NCBI RefSeq assembly: GCF_964204645.1
Contig: NC_134035.1
Span: 5,022,001-5,086,000, forward strand
Reading direction: 5' to 3'
Origin: Tubulanus polymorphus
Lineage: Eukaryota; Animalia; Nemertea
Length of the DNA stretch: 64,000 nt
Made by a program: the position numbers and the translations under genes. Positions 11,692 through 25,914 of the stretch are shown piece after piece. Below the pieces are notes generated by a model. It was given only the letters and a program-made list of their open reading frames with translations, was not told the DNA's origin and did not search any database. How positions within the stretch are numbered: the first letter of the stretch is position 1; each line of letters starts with the position of its first letter.

Positions 11692-14600
11692 CTATAGTTT
11701 TATAGTTTGCTTTTTCGACGTCGAAGATGGTTTCAATTTCTGCTGCGTAGGTGGCGCCGCTTGCGCAGACGACGAGCTCGTCACGCTCTTTTTCAGTTCC
11801 CACTTTTCGAACTGTCGTAGTTTGGTTACGTACGAGTCGACGAATGCTTTGATTTTAACCGGATTGATGTCTCCGCTCTTACTGTGACAAATCTACAAAT
11901 ATTCAATTTATCACGATTAGTTGAGATAATGCACAATATCCCGGTGTAAGTATTTTGAGCAACGTTTCAACTAAGGTCAATTATTATTAGCCATCATCAG
12001 CTGGACGTCATCTTCAGTACGCCAGATGATGGCTAATATATTCTCTAGCTGAATCATTGCTCAAAATATATAAAGATTTTACTCGAGAACTTTACATCTT
12101 TGGCTCAATAAGCTTTGGGATTTCCTTTGTAAACCGTATTTGAGCAGTATACCGAATACACAAGTTTTTCGGTAAAATTATTAAAATTCCCCGAGTTGCC
12201 CTTGATTTTTCTATGAATTCCCCGAGTTTCCCAGGTTTTTCTGCTCAGTATCCGGCCTGTATAATTCACCAGCGAGTAAATTCAAATCCTTCAGTTTTGG
12301 CAAAAAAATGTAAAAAATTTGGTGCTAATAATTCACACAAATCAATCCATTCGACAAGAAACTTTCGACGAAGAGTTTAGTCGCAGGCTTTAGTCGATCA
12401 GATACACGAACGTATTCAAAAAGAACTAGTGATTTGCGAATTTTCTCCATCTCTATTCGTGTGACTTAGACATAGTTACCTTTGGCACTGTTTTGCGTAG
12501 AATTTCCTTGTATTCCTCTTTGGTTATTTTTCGCGAACTGTAATGTGGTTTGATGGCGAGTTTCACTTCTTCAATCACTCGTTCTTGACGATTCAATTTC
12601 TGTAATACCTACAATTGTGGAAAAGATGTCATTGTAACAAACTAACTACAGTCAACAGATATTCATAAATCATATCACATATCCTTAAATTTGATTCACT
12701 CCCCTGAACACATGTGAAGCGTGGTAGATCAGTCTTTGAAAGCGTAGTGATAAAATTGTTTATGTCCGAAGTATGTAGTTCATTTTCAATTGAAAATGTT
12801 TGAAAATGTTTCATGTGAAGTCCTGAACACAAGTGAAAAATGGATGATCAGATTTTGGAAGTGTATGAAATGTCTATGTTTGATGTTTGTAGTTCACTTT
12901 CAATTGAAAATGTCTCAAGTGAAGTAGTGAACGCATGTGAAGTGTAGACGAACCATAATTGGAAGAATGGAGATAAAGTATAAACGAGAAACGAACCTTG
13001 TCATTTTTGCCTTTCGACGATTTATGTCCGTCTTGTTTGTGTAGTTTCGGCTGCAGCCAGTCCGGATTCAACCAACTCGGTTCTTTCGATTTACCGTCCT
13101 TCAACGACGACGACGACGCTGAAGACGAACTGCCCGACTTTTTGAACGCCATAATGATGCTGTCGTCTTTCGACGACAACGACGATGACTTATTATTTTC
13201 TTTCTCGGTTTTCTTTCGCTCGGAGCTCGACGACTTCGCGCTCGCGTCATCGCCGTGTTTACCGCTGCCGCTTTTACGTTTCGAACTCTTACCACCGGCG
13301 GCGCCGCTATCGTTGCGTTTCGGCTCGTCGTCGAGCGGCGGCGGTGAGAAACTGAACTCGAGGTCGTCTATCGGCGACGCGGCGTCCATTTCGATCACTT
13401 CCAAATCGGAATCTTTATCGCCGAACGGTTTCGACGACGACGAATCTTTATTCGCCGATTGTTTCATCAACGCCGACGTTTTACCGTGCGACGACGCGAC
13501 TATTTTCGAGAACGCCTGCTCAACACTCGACGAGGTCAAGCCCGTCTTTTTACTCGGCGGCAAAGCCGGCACTTTGAATTCGTCTTTTTTCTTGTCGGTC
13601 GCGTTGGGTGCTATTTTCGATAACGCGGCTAACGCTGCTTGCGAGTTCAGTAGTTTGCCGATGTCTATGTTACCGACGTGTTTTTCGGAGTTTAGTTTCG
13701 AGCCGCTCGGCGTCGCGGCCGCTGATGACGCTACGCCAGTTGCCGGTTTTATTAACGACGCGTTACGATTCGCTGGACCCGAAAGCCGACCGGTCGGAGA
13801 GGACGCCGGCGGTTGACTGGTAGAACTCGACGCGGGTAGTCGACCCGTTTGACTCAGTGGTTGACCGGTTGTTGGACTCGATGCCGGCAAGCGCCCGGCT
13901 GAACTTGGCTCCGGTAGTCGACCAGTTGGACTCGACACCGGCTTTCGACCGGTCGGACTCGATGCGGGCGGTCGACTCGGCGAAGTCGTCACATGCGCCT
14001 GGGGCGGGAGACGACCAGTCGACGGACTGGAAACTGGTCGATTTAACGGCGATACGATCATCGGCGAGTTGTTCATCGGAGTGAGTGAGAACCGGATCGG
14101 CGACGACGTAGGGGGCGCTTGCTGCAATTCTAACTGTTGTTGTTGTTGTTGGGGAGATGGAGGGGTCTGGGGAATCGTAGGCGGCAGCGAGAGAAGGGGC
14201 TGTACGTCGAGCGGAGGAGGAGGTCGAGACATCAGGTGTTGTGGAGGCGGTTGAACTAGATTCTGGATAGACATGGCAGGCGGGGGCGGCAGACGGTGAT
14301 CCGGTGGCGGGAACAGATGCATCGCTCTCGCGTGAAACCCAGGCGGTAGCTGCATAGAGGGAGGAGGAGGAGGCTGCGACATCACCGGGAAATGAGAAGG
14401 GTGAGGGGGCATTTGACCGTCGTCTTCAGGCGGGGGAGGGGGTAAGAACGGCGGAGGGGGCGGCTGACCGGGTAATCCACCCGGCTGCGGTGGAAGCTCC
14501 ATGTTGTCGAGCATGCCGCTCGCGCCATTCGGCGGCGGCATCAATCCGGGCATCACGAATCGATTCTGTAAAACGCCGCCGGGACCGACTTGTAGCTGTA

Positions 14601-17600
14601 GCCGCGGCGGACCGCCGGGGAACCGATTGACGCCGGCGAATCCCATCGGTCGATTCAAATACATCGGATTGATGACGAACTGCTGTCGTAGATTAGCGTG
14701 CGACATCCCGGGTGGGAGCATGCCGAGTCTAGGGCGCGACGGGGGCATCATACCGGGCATCAACGGCGGAGGCGGCACCTCCATCTCATGCGGTAGCGGT
14801 ATCCGATGATGTATTTGCTGCGGAGGCCCCGGAGGACCGTTGAATACGAGCGTCGGAGGAGACTGCATCGGCGGAGACCGTGCCGGAGGGACCGGTATGA
14901 GAACGGCCTCGCGTACGCCGGACGCGTCGCGCGTCGGAGGCGAGTGCGACTCGGTCGGCTCCGCCGGATCGTACGTTATATCCATATCGACTAAACCGGT
15001 CGTCGACTGATTTAAATCGGGTCGGTGAGTCGCGTCGCTCTGATCGGGAACGACCGGTTGATGCCTGCTATCCGGTACGCTCGGCTGTACGACGCTGATC
15101 GGCTGCGAATCAGATGGCGAGAATTCTCTCGGCTGCGGTTGGGGCGGGGGTGGTTCGGGTAGACTAGAATCGAGCGAGCTATCCGGAGTGGGATTGAACG
15201 CCGTATCCGGAGGGGGTGGATTATAAACGGAGTCCGGGCTGCGTTGCGAGTCGCTATTCGGAGTAAGACGACGAGCGTCGCGTGGAGGACTGGCGTGTGG
15301 TCGCGTGTTGCTATCAGGACTCGCGTGACGTCGTTTAGATGGCACAGGCGGAGGACTGGCACAACGCTTGGATGCCGGACTCGCTTGACAACGTACGCTC
15401 TCAGGACTGCCCTGGCGGTGTAAGCTATCGGGACTGGCATTACGGCGCACGCTATCGGGGCTCTTATTGCGGCGCACGCTATCGGGGCTTGCGTGGCGGC
15501 GCAAACTTTCAGGACTCCTGTGGCGGCGTACGATCTCAGGACTGCCACGGTGGCGCACGGTATCGGGACTCGCATTGCGGCGCACGCTTTCAGGGCTTGC
15601 ATGGCGGTTCACACTCTCGCGACTCGCGTGACGGCGTAGAGTCTCGGGACTCTTGTGACGGCGCACGGTTTCGGGACTCGCGTGATGGCGCACGGTCTCG
15701 GGACTCGGTCGGCGATATTCGGGAATATCGCGTCCGAACTTATCGCGTTTACGAGAGGAAACTTTCCGTTCGGCGCTGCGGGAACGTCGTCTGCCGCCGC
15801 CGCGTTTCTTACGTTCGCCCGACCGCGGTTCCGGCGACGCTTCTTCACGAGCCGCGCGTCGACGACTCGTGCGTTCGCGCGATGGACGACGTCGACGTTC
15901 GTCACGGGAATGCGATCGCTCGCGCGATTTATGCGAATGTTCGCGCGAACGCGACCGCTCTTGACGTTGCGACGTTCGCTGGGACGACGATGTCGGTGTC
16001 CTGTCGCGTGGCGACCGGCTGCGTCGGTGCCGGTGTCGACGGTCGTCCGACGAGCCGTGTTCACCGCGATCCATCTCTTCCTGTTCGGTGGTTTTTTTGC
16101 GGTAATTCCGATTTTTACGCGCGCTGTCTTTCTCCGATTTATCGTTGTTCGTCGTTTTTTCCTCGTTGAGCCGTTTCAGGTTTTTCTCCCACTTATTCTG
16201 ACCCTTCGGTAGCAGCGGAGGCATCACTAAACGACCCGGTTGAAACGCGACGATCTGAACGTCGTCGTCGCTATCCTCGTCCTCCTCCGCCGCCGCCGCC
16301 GATTCCGGCCGCTGTTTCGGTAACCTCGGCGACTCGGAAATCGTTTCTTTCCGATTTGCGTCTTTATCGCGATTCTTTTTATCATCTTTAGTCGAATGTT
16401 TTTCTCGCATTTCGACGATTCGTACGTCGCCTGGAACGTTTTCCTCGTCGTCTCGATCGTTGTCATCGTCGTCATCTTCGTCGCGTTTACCTTTACGCCG
16501 GCTGCTGCCGCTGCCGTTTCTATCTTTATCGTGACGATTTCTACGACGGTTATTCGAGTCGTCCTCGTCGTCGTCGTCACGACGTCCCGAACCGCTCCCA
16601 CGACCTCCGCTCGACCTATGTTCATTCGAGCGCGATCGCTCGTTTTCCTTACCGCCGCTCGCCGATTTCGACGACGACTTATCGTTTTTTTCGTTGCTGC
16701 GTTTATCGTCCTTCTGTTTGTCGTCGCTGGCGTCATTCGGCGCGGCCGCGAGACGCGATTTATGCGGCAATAAAACGGCGAATCGTTCGAGCGTCCGGCG
16801 TCGTTTCTCGTCGTCCGATTCGTCGTCGCTGTACAAGGTGGCGCCACTCGTACTCAACAATAACGTGTCGTTGTTTTTCGGATTCCATGCGGAATCGTTG
16901 ATCGATTTGTCCATGACGCACTCGCGCATCACAGGCGGCGCATCACTCGTATTTATAGTTTCCTCGCGAGAGACGGGACCGACATCCTCGATCGGTCGTT
17001 CGCTCGACGATTCGATTCCGTTCGCAATCGTGGACGGCGCTGCGCTCTTTTCTTCTTCTTTGCGACGCTCGATGAAACCTTAAATGAAACGTTGATTCAA
17101 GTCAAATGTCGGCAAATCATACAATATTTCACTACCAATATTTACGGAGTTCTCCTAGCCAATTTTAAAATTCAGGGTGGCACCACTTTCTGCCCATTTA
17201 GAATTCCCCGAGTTTTCCCGATTTTTCCATGTGAATACAAGGAAATAGCCCGAGTGAATCAGAGATTTCTAGGTTTAAAATGTCACGATTCAATTATTTT
17301 TCATGAATCACGTATTGATAAAGAAACACGCGGTCAATGACAAATTCAAATTTCCTCATTTTCCCTGGGGCTAGTTCCAAAGCCACGGTTGACTTCAGAC
17401 CAATTTTAAACAACCTTAGTCCTATATAATTAATCTAACAACTTAATACTAAGACTAGTCTTAAGATCTAAGACTATCATTTCATTTTGAGTCTAGACTA
17501 TGGAACCGGCCTCTGAGATCTGCAAGAATGCTGCGCTTCAACTGAATTAATAATTTAAGTAAATACATACCGTCTTTCGATATCTGTACGTCTTTACTTT

Positions 17601-20600
17601 TCAGATGTAACAGTTCTTGCCCGGCGATGATACTGCCGAGAAAATCTACCGAACTCGTTGCGGTTTCGGACGTCGCCGGTCGCTTGTTCCTTACCGGTCT
17701 GAAAATCAAAAACGACAATTCCGGATAACTGGGAATTCAAACCGCCGACGAAATCGAAAGAAAACGTCGACATTTTAGAAAACTACTACGTACAGATGAG
17801 GTTTAGCGATGGCACAACGGAACTGTAAAGCGGAAGCCGAATATTTGTTCCTTTTCACCGGAGATACAGAAACCGACGGACCCGCAGCGGGTTCACTGTA
17901 ATATATAGAAATAACCATCGATTAAAGCTACGTTGATGAAACACTCTCACCGTTAATGAATTAGAAACCGTACCTCGGCCAGGTTTCATAGACTAAGTAT
18001 CGAAGTTATCCCTAGGGGTAAATCCTCGATTTGGGTGACAACTACCATAGTGACAATGAGAAACCACGGTTATAACTGACAAATTTCAAAATGTTCCCAG
18101 GGACTATCTTTCTTCCACATCTATGAAACCCAGCCCTGATGATTAAAATATTTATCGTCCGACAGTTTTGGAGTTTTCACTAAACTTCATCACATTCTAT
18201 AGCAGGGTCCGATCTTAGCCCGAGACAAGTATTATCTCATTAGGGCAAGTAGATTATCATTTTCACTCGTCCACCGGGCTAGTGCGATTTTATGTCTCAA
18301 AGCTTTTTTCCAACTCGATAAAACGATTATACCGCCAGTTGGACTGCCCGTGTAGAGCAAGTGGATTATTGAAAGGGCTTATGAAATATCAGATATGCTT
18401 GCCCCAGGGGCGAGAGGCTTTCATTCTTTAGATCGACCCTGCATAGTCGAAAATGGTCATTAGTCTTAAGACAAGTCTTACCGTAAGTTGTTAGATTGGT
18501 TATAGAACTAAGATTGTCTCAAATTGGTCTTAAGTCTATGGAAAACCTATTAAACTCTAGTAGACTTTATAAACGAAGTCAAATAGGCCTATATCTAAAA
18601 TACCAACAGCATCTAAAAGATAGACGGTTAAATCTACTGATTGTAATATACCCCCACCCCCTTCCGCGAGTTATTCTAATTGAAGTAACTATCAACATTT
18701 TGAAGAAAGGACAGAGTGAGAGAGATTCATTGAGAAAATATTGAAAAGTTTTGAAAGTTAGAGGAGATTTTTCGGAAGTTGCCAGGAGGGGAAGCACTTC
18801 AAAACGAACACACACAGATGATGCAAACTTGTAGTAAAATAACCAGGGCGGCCAATTCCCCCCATCTATACATCGTCAGAGTATTTCATATTCAAACACT
18901 AAATTCGTATGCAAGCGTATCTCTGGCAGGTGAATGGAGAAATTCCCTGAGTGACTCAGCTGGAGAAACGTCTTGGTAAAAGATTTTATGATTCATTCAT
19001 TATTCTATTATCGATTAAGAAATGCGCGGTAAATAGCGTATCCTTTATTTCCCAGGTTTTTGGCAAAATTTCACGAATTACTCCCAGATCGTTCTTCTGA
19101 TTCCCTCTGCGTATTCCAGGTCAATGGCCACTCTGATATTACGAAATATTATCGCCTACCTGTCAGTCACAGGAAGATCGAGATCATTGCCGAATAACGA
19201 CAGCGATTGTACGCAGATATCCGCGTTGCGCGCGTCCAAAATCTCTTTCTTCTTCTTCGGATCTCTGAGCGTCGGTATTGACCGGCCCGGCGGCGGTTTA
19301 CCTAAACCGAGGGATCTCGCGATACGGGACTTCGGCGTCAACGACTTCACTCGTACTAGCTGTTACGAAAAAATAAATCAAATGAAATGATTATTTTTCA
19401 GATTTATTGCGTCATATTTTCGAGGTAGTACGGTCAACACCAGTTTACTTCAGATCGGTTTAATCCTCTCATTCTTTTACGCAGTCAATCTATTCATTAA
19501 CGTATGTTAACCCATTAGTACTCAAGGAATTTCACTGCGTAGTGTCTATTACTCCTCAGAGAATGGGAAAATCAGTTTTTATCACTATATCATTCCCTGT
19601 TTATTTTCATGTACCCGTATTACAAGTTCGTTATTTTGACGTAAATAGTCAAGGCTTTCATTTATGATATCAGCTTTGATGAAGTGGGCCACCAAAATCG
19701 TGTCCTTTTGGCCCCCGAAATTCATCTAGACTTCTTGGATTTGAAGTGAGCGCTAAGATCTGTTGTGCTGTGTTCGAAATACTCGGGAATTTCAAATAGG
19801 AAGATGTTGATTTCTGTACTGTATTCTGAGGACTCGGGTGTCTAGTTTATCATAAGCTATTGGGTTCGAATCCCGCTATAACCGTTTTTGTGCGGCATAC
19901 GAAAAGTGCCAGGGCAGATTCGGACGGCTTGAGGCGTAATAGGCAGGATGGAACGGGCGGCTTGAGTGCTAATGGGTTAAACATGATATCAACCCGGTCG
20001 CGACGATTCTGGATCAAGCGGGTTCTTATACTGCCATAACTTGGTTCACAAATGACCATTGAATGAAGGAGCAATGAACAAAGATCATCTACATAATTCT
20101 AGTTACAAAGGATCATCTGATGACCTCAAGTCCTCATCTGCCTAAAATTGCACTATCAATTTTCGATTTTCCAATCTTATGTAAAGTGCAGAGATTACTA
20201 TGTAGATAGTGCACTATATCAAGAACATGAATTATCATCATCATTATTATCAAAGGGAAAATCATTTGATAAACATTAAAGATTCAAACGATTGTTATTA
20301 CCTTTCTCTTCGATTTCCTGCCCTTCTTCTTGCGACCGGTTTTCCGCCGTTTGGTCGTCGAAGTTTTGCCGGTCTTTCGTTTTTTCCTCGCCGGAGTTTT
20401 TCGCTTACGATTCGTCGACGGCGTTTTCCGTTTGACGCCGGACTTTTTAGCGACGGCCGACATCGTCGCGGAAGCTGCTGCTGCTGCTACTGACACCGTA
20501 CTGTTGCTCGTGACTAGATTAGTTGGGTCGTACGGCGCGTCATCGGAGTCCGATCCTGAACCCAAATCCTGTTTTTATGTAAGAATAAAATGATTTTTGT

Positions 20601-23600
20601 TTAGTCATTTAGATTAGAGGACCTTCATTCATTCATTCATTCATTCATTAATATACTCCAGCACACTCGCATTGGCGAGTATTTTTTGGAGCGTGCACGT
20701 CAGTGTTAAAAGAGAAAGGAAAAGAATGTGCATAGAAAATATAATTGATAACAATAATGAAAGAGATAATGTACATTTTTAAAAACACTGAAGGATTTAG
20801 GTGACTGGGTCTGTCAACCGACAACTGATGCAGAGAGAGTATTCCATTGGGCTATTGTTAACCTTGTTAACTATCGGTTAAAATTTGTTCATTTTCAAAT
20901 ACAGTAGACCCTATCCTGGGCTCTTGTTCTGAGTCGAGTTAGATAATGGAATTCAATTTGCGCTCTGTCGTCTCTGGAGTTAACCCTTTCAGTGCGTCTA
21001 CACTGCAGTGCGGTGTATAAAACGGTGATAGATTTCGCTAGTACACTGCACTGCGGTGTATTGATGTCATTATTAATTATCTATCTTGAAAAATGGCAGC
21101 ACCTGTCAAACATAGTGAAATGCTAGTAACTAACGATACACCGCACCGCAGTGTAGACGCACTATAGTGGTTTTCCTGTTATTCAACACACTAGGGTGGA
21201 ATTTTTCAAAATGTTCAAATTATCTCCAGCACTATAGGGTATTAATTAGTCAGCACTGAAAGGGTTAAAGAGGTAACCAGGAAAGAGTAACGTACGAGTA
21301 TAACTGGTCGACGACGTCGTTGTTGAATGCGAGCTCGAACGCGTTCGGCGATTGTCGTTCTCGCGATGCGGCGACGCTGCGCATTCGACCGCGTGAAAGC
21401 CGACGGCTCTCGATCTAACATCAAGTCGTTCACTTCCGACGTATCGATATCGACCGACTCCGACAGATCTGTAATTTAGAGAATACGGTAACTTCGCGAT
21501 CAATAAATAAAACAGACGTTATTCAAATTACTGTCATCTTTTTTCTTTCTATTCTAGTTAGAATCGATCTCATCAAATTACAGAAGCTGCGGTTGCTCAA
21601 AGGTTTGTTAAAGGTTACCGGCAGATAAATACCATAGTAAAACGATGAACTTTTTTTAATTGTCACTATGTCAATTATTCACGGGTTAACTGTAACCAAC
21701 TTTTGAGCAACTTCAGCCCCAGGGCGTCACAGTTCTTGGAAAATATATAGAATGAGAAAGTACAGGGGTCGGTTGCTCAAAAGTTGGTTAGAGTTAACCA
21801 GTGGATAGTTGATATAGTGACAATTGAAATTTCATTGTTACTATGGTATTTAACAGCCGGTTATCTTTAACCAAGTTTTGAGCAACTGGCCCCAGAGGTT
21901 TTACCAAATGACCCTTGGGTCAAATTCAACCAATTCTATCTTGGAATCAATCGGATTCAACTACGGGACCCAATTTCAGCGTTCTTGGTTAAGTTCGACT
22001 CTTACGGCGAATATCCTAAGCGGAGACTCTGATATTTTCAACCGAGATCTATGGAACTGAATCTAGAAGATTAAGGGAATTAATGGCGCGAATGAATTTA
22101 ATCGTTACCTTGTTGATTTTCGCGGACGCAAGTCGGACAAAACCATTCATCCACTGGAACGCTGAATAGTACTGGCGTCAAACAATCCATATGAAAGCTA
22201 CAAGCGAAATCATAACAGCAATAATTCAATTATTCTTAAATTGATGAAAAAAACTTACGGAACCGGAATCTATTTATAAAATAGTTACCCCTGATCACAG
22301 CCATCGCACAGTAACATTCGATCCTCGCGATCAGACTGATGACATATTTGACAATAAGTGAGATCATCTTCGGGGGTGACGTCGTCGTTGTCGACTCGCA
22401 ATGTGCGGTCGTCGCATTTAACCTAGAAAATTGACGATACGTATATGGTATAAAAGAGAGAAGAGAGACAGAGAGGGGGTAGGCAAAGAGGGTGAATAAT
22501 ACTCACGCGTTTTAAGATGTTTCCTCCGATTTCATTTCGTACGAAGATTAAATGATAAACTTGTCGATCGACGGGACACGTATTTACGTTCTAAAAGTAA
22601 TCATCATAATTATTCAGATTAGATCAGACTATTACCTGATAGCTCTAATTGTAGTCAATTCAACAAAATTGTCGTTTGATTAAAAACGAACTAGAAATCA
22701 TTCCGCTTTTTAAAAATATTTTTGGGAGCGTAAACTACCCTCAAATAGTAGTAGTCATAGCCAGGTCAGTACAGTATAGTTCACCTATCAGATTTCTACG
22801 CATATCAATCAACAACCTCAGAAAATTTCAGATAACAGTTTAATATAAATTCTATAACAATAGATACAGACCAGACTATACCTGACATTTCTCATATTAA
22901 TAAGTTTTAACCAAAAATGAGAAATTCTGATGTCAAAAATGGTAGTTAAATCGAAAATGAACTCATTCTGATTTTGAGAGTTAAGTGTATCAAGATATTT
23001 TTGCGAGTAGTGACTTCTTAAAAAAGAGCAGATAATACTCTCAAAAAGGTTTGATTATAACATTTATTTCAAAGCGATTATTCGAATGAGGCCACAATGG
23101 AGAATGTATGTTTCGTATCTGTCCGCGATGCTTGGTCTCGAGTCAATCGCAGTCATCAGAAAACACAGCGAGCGTTGTCGTTTGATTTAGGGATGAATCG
23201 TGTCGATACGTTAAACGACTTTCTAACGTACGAGTATCTGAGTACATCCCACGGTCACAATCTTAACAACAAATTTAAGGGTAGCTGTAAATCTTCATCG
23301 GTGGTTCACCGAGTTAACTCAATTCCCAGGTGAAAATTGGCCAAATTAAGTACAATAGACGGCGCTTGCCTCGGATCTCACTGGACAAGTTAACTCTCTA
23401 CAAAACTCAAAGGACATTCAGAGTAGGGATGGGTCGTTAATGCGATGGATTGGAGTACGAACAGGGTCCGATCTAAGCACTTGTCCGATTGCCCGGGACG
23501 AGTATATTATCATAAGGGCAAGTAGGTAATCATTATCACTTGTCCTCTGGGCTAGTGCAATTTTATGTCTCAAAGCTTTTTGCCAATCGATAAAACAGTT

Positions 23601-25149
23601 GGACTGCTCATGTAGGGCAAGTAGATTTTTGAGGGGGCAAGTAAAATTTCAGATACGCTTGCCCCCGGGCAAGTGGTTCTTATTCCTTAGATCGGACCCT
23701 GAAGAAGATTTGTAATATTGTTTGAGGCTTAATCTTAGTGTAAACACAATCTGCTGTTTTCCAAAATGAGCATGATAAGTAAAATTGTAGTTTTCTATCT
23801 GAAGAATTGTTATTGAATGAAAGTAAAACAGTCTACTGTTTGATAAAGGGCTGAATTTGAACGCGCAAAAAACGTAGCTTACTTTTCCGCGATGAAAAAC
23901 TGTAAGGTCTCTGACGATTAGATAATTTTTTTAATTGTGAACTTACGTTCGACCATTCACGAATGCATTCTAAACAGAATGAATGATCGCAGGTCTCCGG
24001 GTTTCCGATCTCCTGTCCGATAAACCGACTCAGACAGATCGGACAACGCTCGCATTCATCGTTACTCTCATCGCTTTCAACTCCTTCCTCTTCATCTACA
24101 TCATCATCATCACCACCGCCAGCCTCTTCATCTTCACTGCCTGAAAATCATCCATAAAAAGGTTTAGCAACTGGTTGAAAAAATTCATACAAAGTTAAGT
24201 TAAATCGTATCAGGTCCTATCTCAATATTCTCAAATGCTCAATTATTCTTATGTTGCTTTAACGTAGGTTCACAGTATCAAGAACTACCTGAATTCAACA
24301 TAGACTTCTTTACTTTTTCTTGACATTTTTACAGACATATTCAAATAATCATTATAGACAAATTATTTTTTGAAACATTTTCCAAGCAGCGTTAATATAT
24401 TTCAGGGAAATTTTCTAAGACTTCATTTACCTTCCGTTTCCCCGTCTTCATCTTCAGTGTCCTAAAAAAACCGAACAAAAAATGGAGAATTTTAATTACT
24501 CGTGACACAATGCCTGATAATTTTTGACGCCATAAAAACGGTTAGAATAATGTTTATAAACTGATTGATACCTAGTATGATACGACGACGTGTAATACGT
24601 CATCAATATCGGCGTTTCAAAATAACAGTTGCAATTGTGAATTTAGACGTAATCAAATTCATTGCAAAATAACACGGCGCTTGTTTTATTTATGATTAAT
24701 TCTAAGAATTATTTTTGAGACGATGTGCCCTACGTCATCAATATATCGGGGCTAGACTGGTTGCCGGTCAATTCAAATCAATCATCAACGACCTTAAATC
24801 CAAAATAAATAACTTACGATTCTTAAATATCATATCATTTAGGTTGACAATAGAAAGAAATATATGAGTTATTTTTCAAGGCTTCAATAAACTTTAACGT
24901 TAGTTTTCTAGTTATATCTTTCATCATTTACACAATGCGTACCTCATCATCATCTTCTTCTTCATCATCAGTTTCATCTTCAATTTCATCTTCATCACCT
25001 TCGATTTCATCGCTTTTCATCAACTTCTTGCTGTTGATATCATCGTCTATGACACCATCTTGCTGCTGCTGATGCTGCTGCTGATGTTCATGTAACTTTT
25101 GTTTTGCAGAGATTTCTAAATCATCCTCCATTAAAACATCCTCAGACAT
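11692..25149 (-). CDS. PHRF1: PHD and RING finger domain-containing protein 1-like, 14 coding exons
   Basis: Exons (minus): 25149-24943, 24461-24431, 24140-23947, 22590-22507, 22422-22289, 22197-22109, 21468-21296, 20568-20302, 19359-19160, 17895-17794, 17698-17571, 17078-12997, 12608-12480, 11892-11692. Acidic N-terminus; RING ([24 protein letters not shown]); PHD ([34 protein letters not shown]); RS-rich and Pro-rich middle; C-terminal [41 protein letters not shown] typical of PHRF1/SCAF11. Confidence 0.95.
19511..19976. mobile_element. piggyBac-like MITE
   Basis: TTAA|CCCATTAGTACTCAAG ... CTTGAGTGCTAATGGG|TTAA. Confidence 0.75.
20627..20860 (-). mobile_element. Short 3' LINE fragment with (GAAT)n tail
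   Basis: Minus strand reads [13 protein letters not shown] (the PRTI.WN.LP-type terminus) and ends in (TGAA)n at 20627-20648. Confidence 0.45.
20984..21264. mobile_element. piggyBac-like MITE
   Basis: TTAA|CCCTTTCAGTGC ... GCACTGAAAGGG|TTAA with internal ACACTGCRGTGCGGTGT palindromes; partial copy at about 57030-57212. Confidence 0.75.
21766..21892. mobile_element. MITE family B copy
   Basis: CAG TSD at 21763-21765 and 21893-21895; an inverted sister copy lies immediately upstream. Confidence 0.8.
23462..23701. mobile_element. MITE with CAGGGTCCGATCT TIR and GGGCAAGT internal repeats
   Basis: TIR pair CAGGGTCCGATCTAAG/CTTAGATCGGACCCTG; second copy at 18203-18441. Confidence 0.75.
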
Positions 25150-25914
25150 ACCTATTTAGGAAATATTGCAAGAACGCTGTCCTATCATCGATGTATATGA
25201 TCAAGAATATAAACGTAGTGTCTCAAGATCCTCGGTGGCGCCCTTAACCACCATACAAATAAAATATAAGCCACGCTAAAAAAAAATTCATATTGGAAAA
25301 TTGATTGGAGAGCATCTACGTCGTCGTATTAAGTATTGGCTTTTTATTCGAGCGCCCTTTCCTTTCGACAACAGATACGCCAGGTTCACATGTTCAATTT
25401 CATTATGCGGTACGTCAATAAGTGTATAAACAGTATCAGACTACATGTCATTCAGTAGCCTATATATGTCAATAATTGTATACTGTTTCCAGTGAGCACG
25501 TGCTACACTAGAATATAAATATCCAGGGATTTCCCGACAGTTGAAAAAAATCAATGCACGCGAGGGTCAAGACGGGTCTAGACTGCTGCGCTCAACGGGC
25601 TGAATAAAAAAAACAGTATTTTGATGCCTCAATTTTTCAAGTATCCCATTCGGTGCCTCAATTGTGCAGCTTATTCATTCCCAAGGCAAAGGCATCGAAA
25701 TATATGCAAACATTAGGTAATTAAATCAAAATTAATAGGAAAATGCCGAGCTTTATTGACAAAAATTTCATTACCTAGGTCTATCTAACAAATGTGACAA
25801 ATATTAGATGGATAATAAGTCATCAAACTATTTCAATCATGCAGCATGTAGGCCTACACCGATCTCTGGAAGAAAAGTGCTTCAAGCGAACTGCTAATGA
25901 TCGCTTCTACTGTC

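Noticed and set aside
12998-17083. Many long antisense or alternate-frame ORFs over the PHRF1 large exon
   Set aside because: Shadow ORFs from GC-rich, low-complexity coding sequence.
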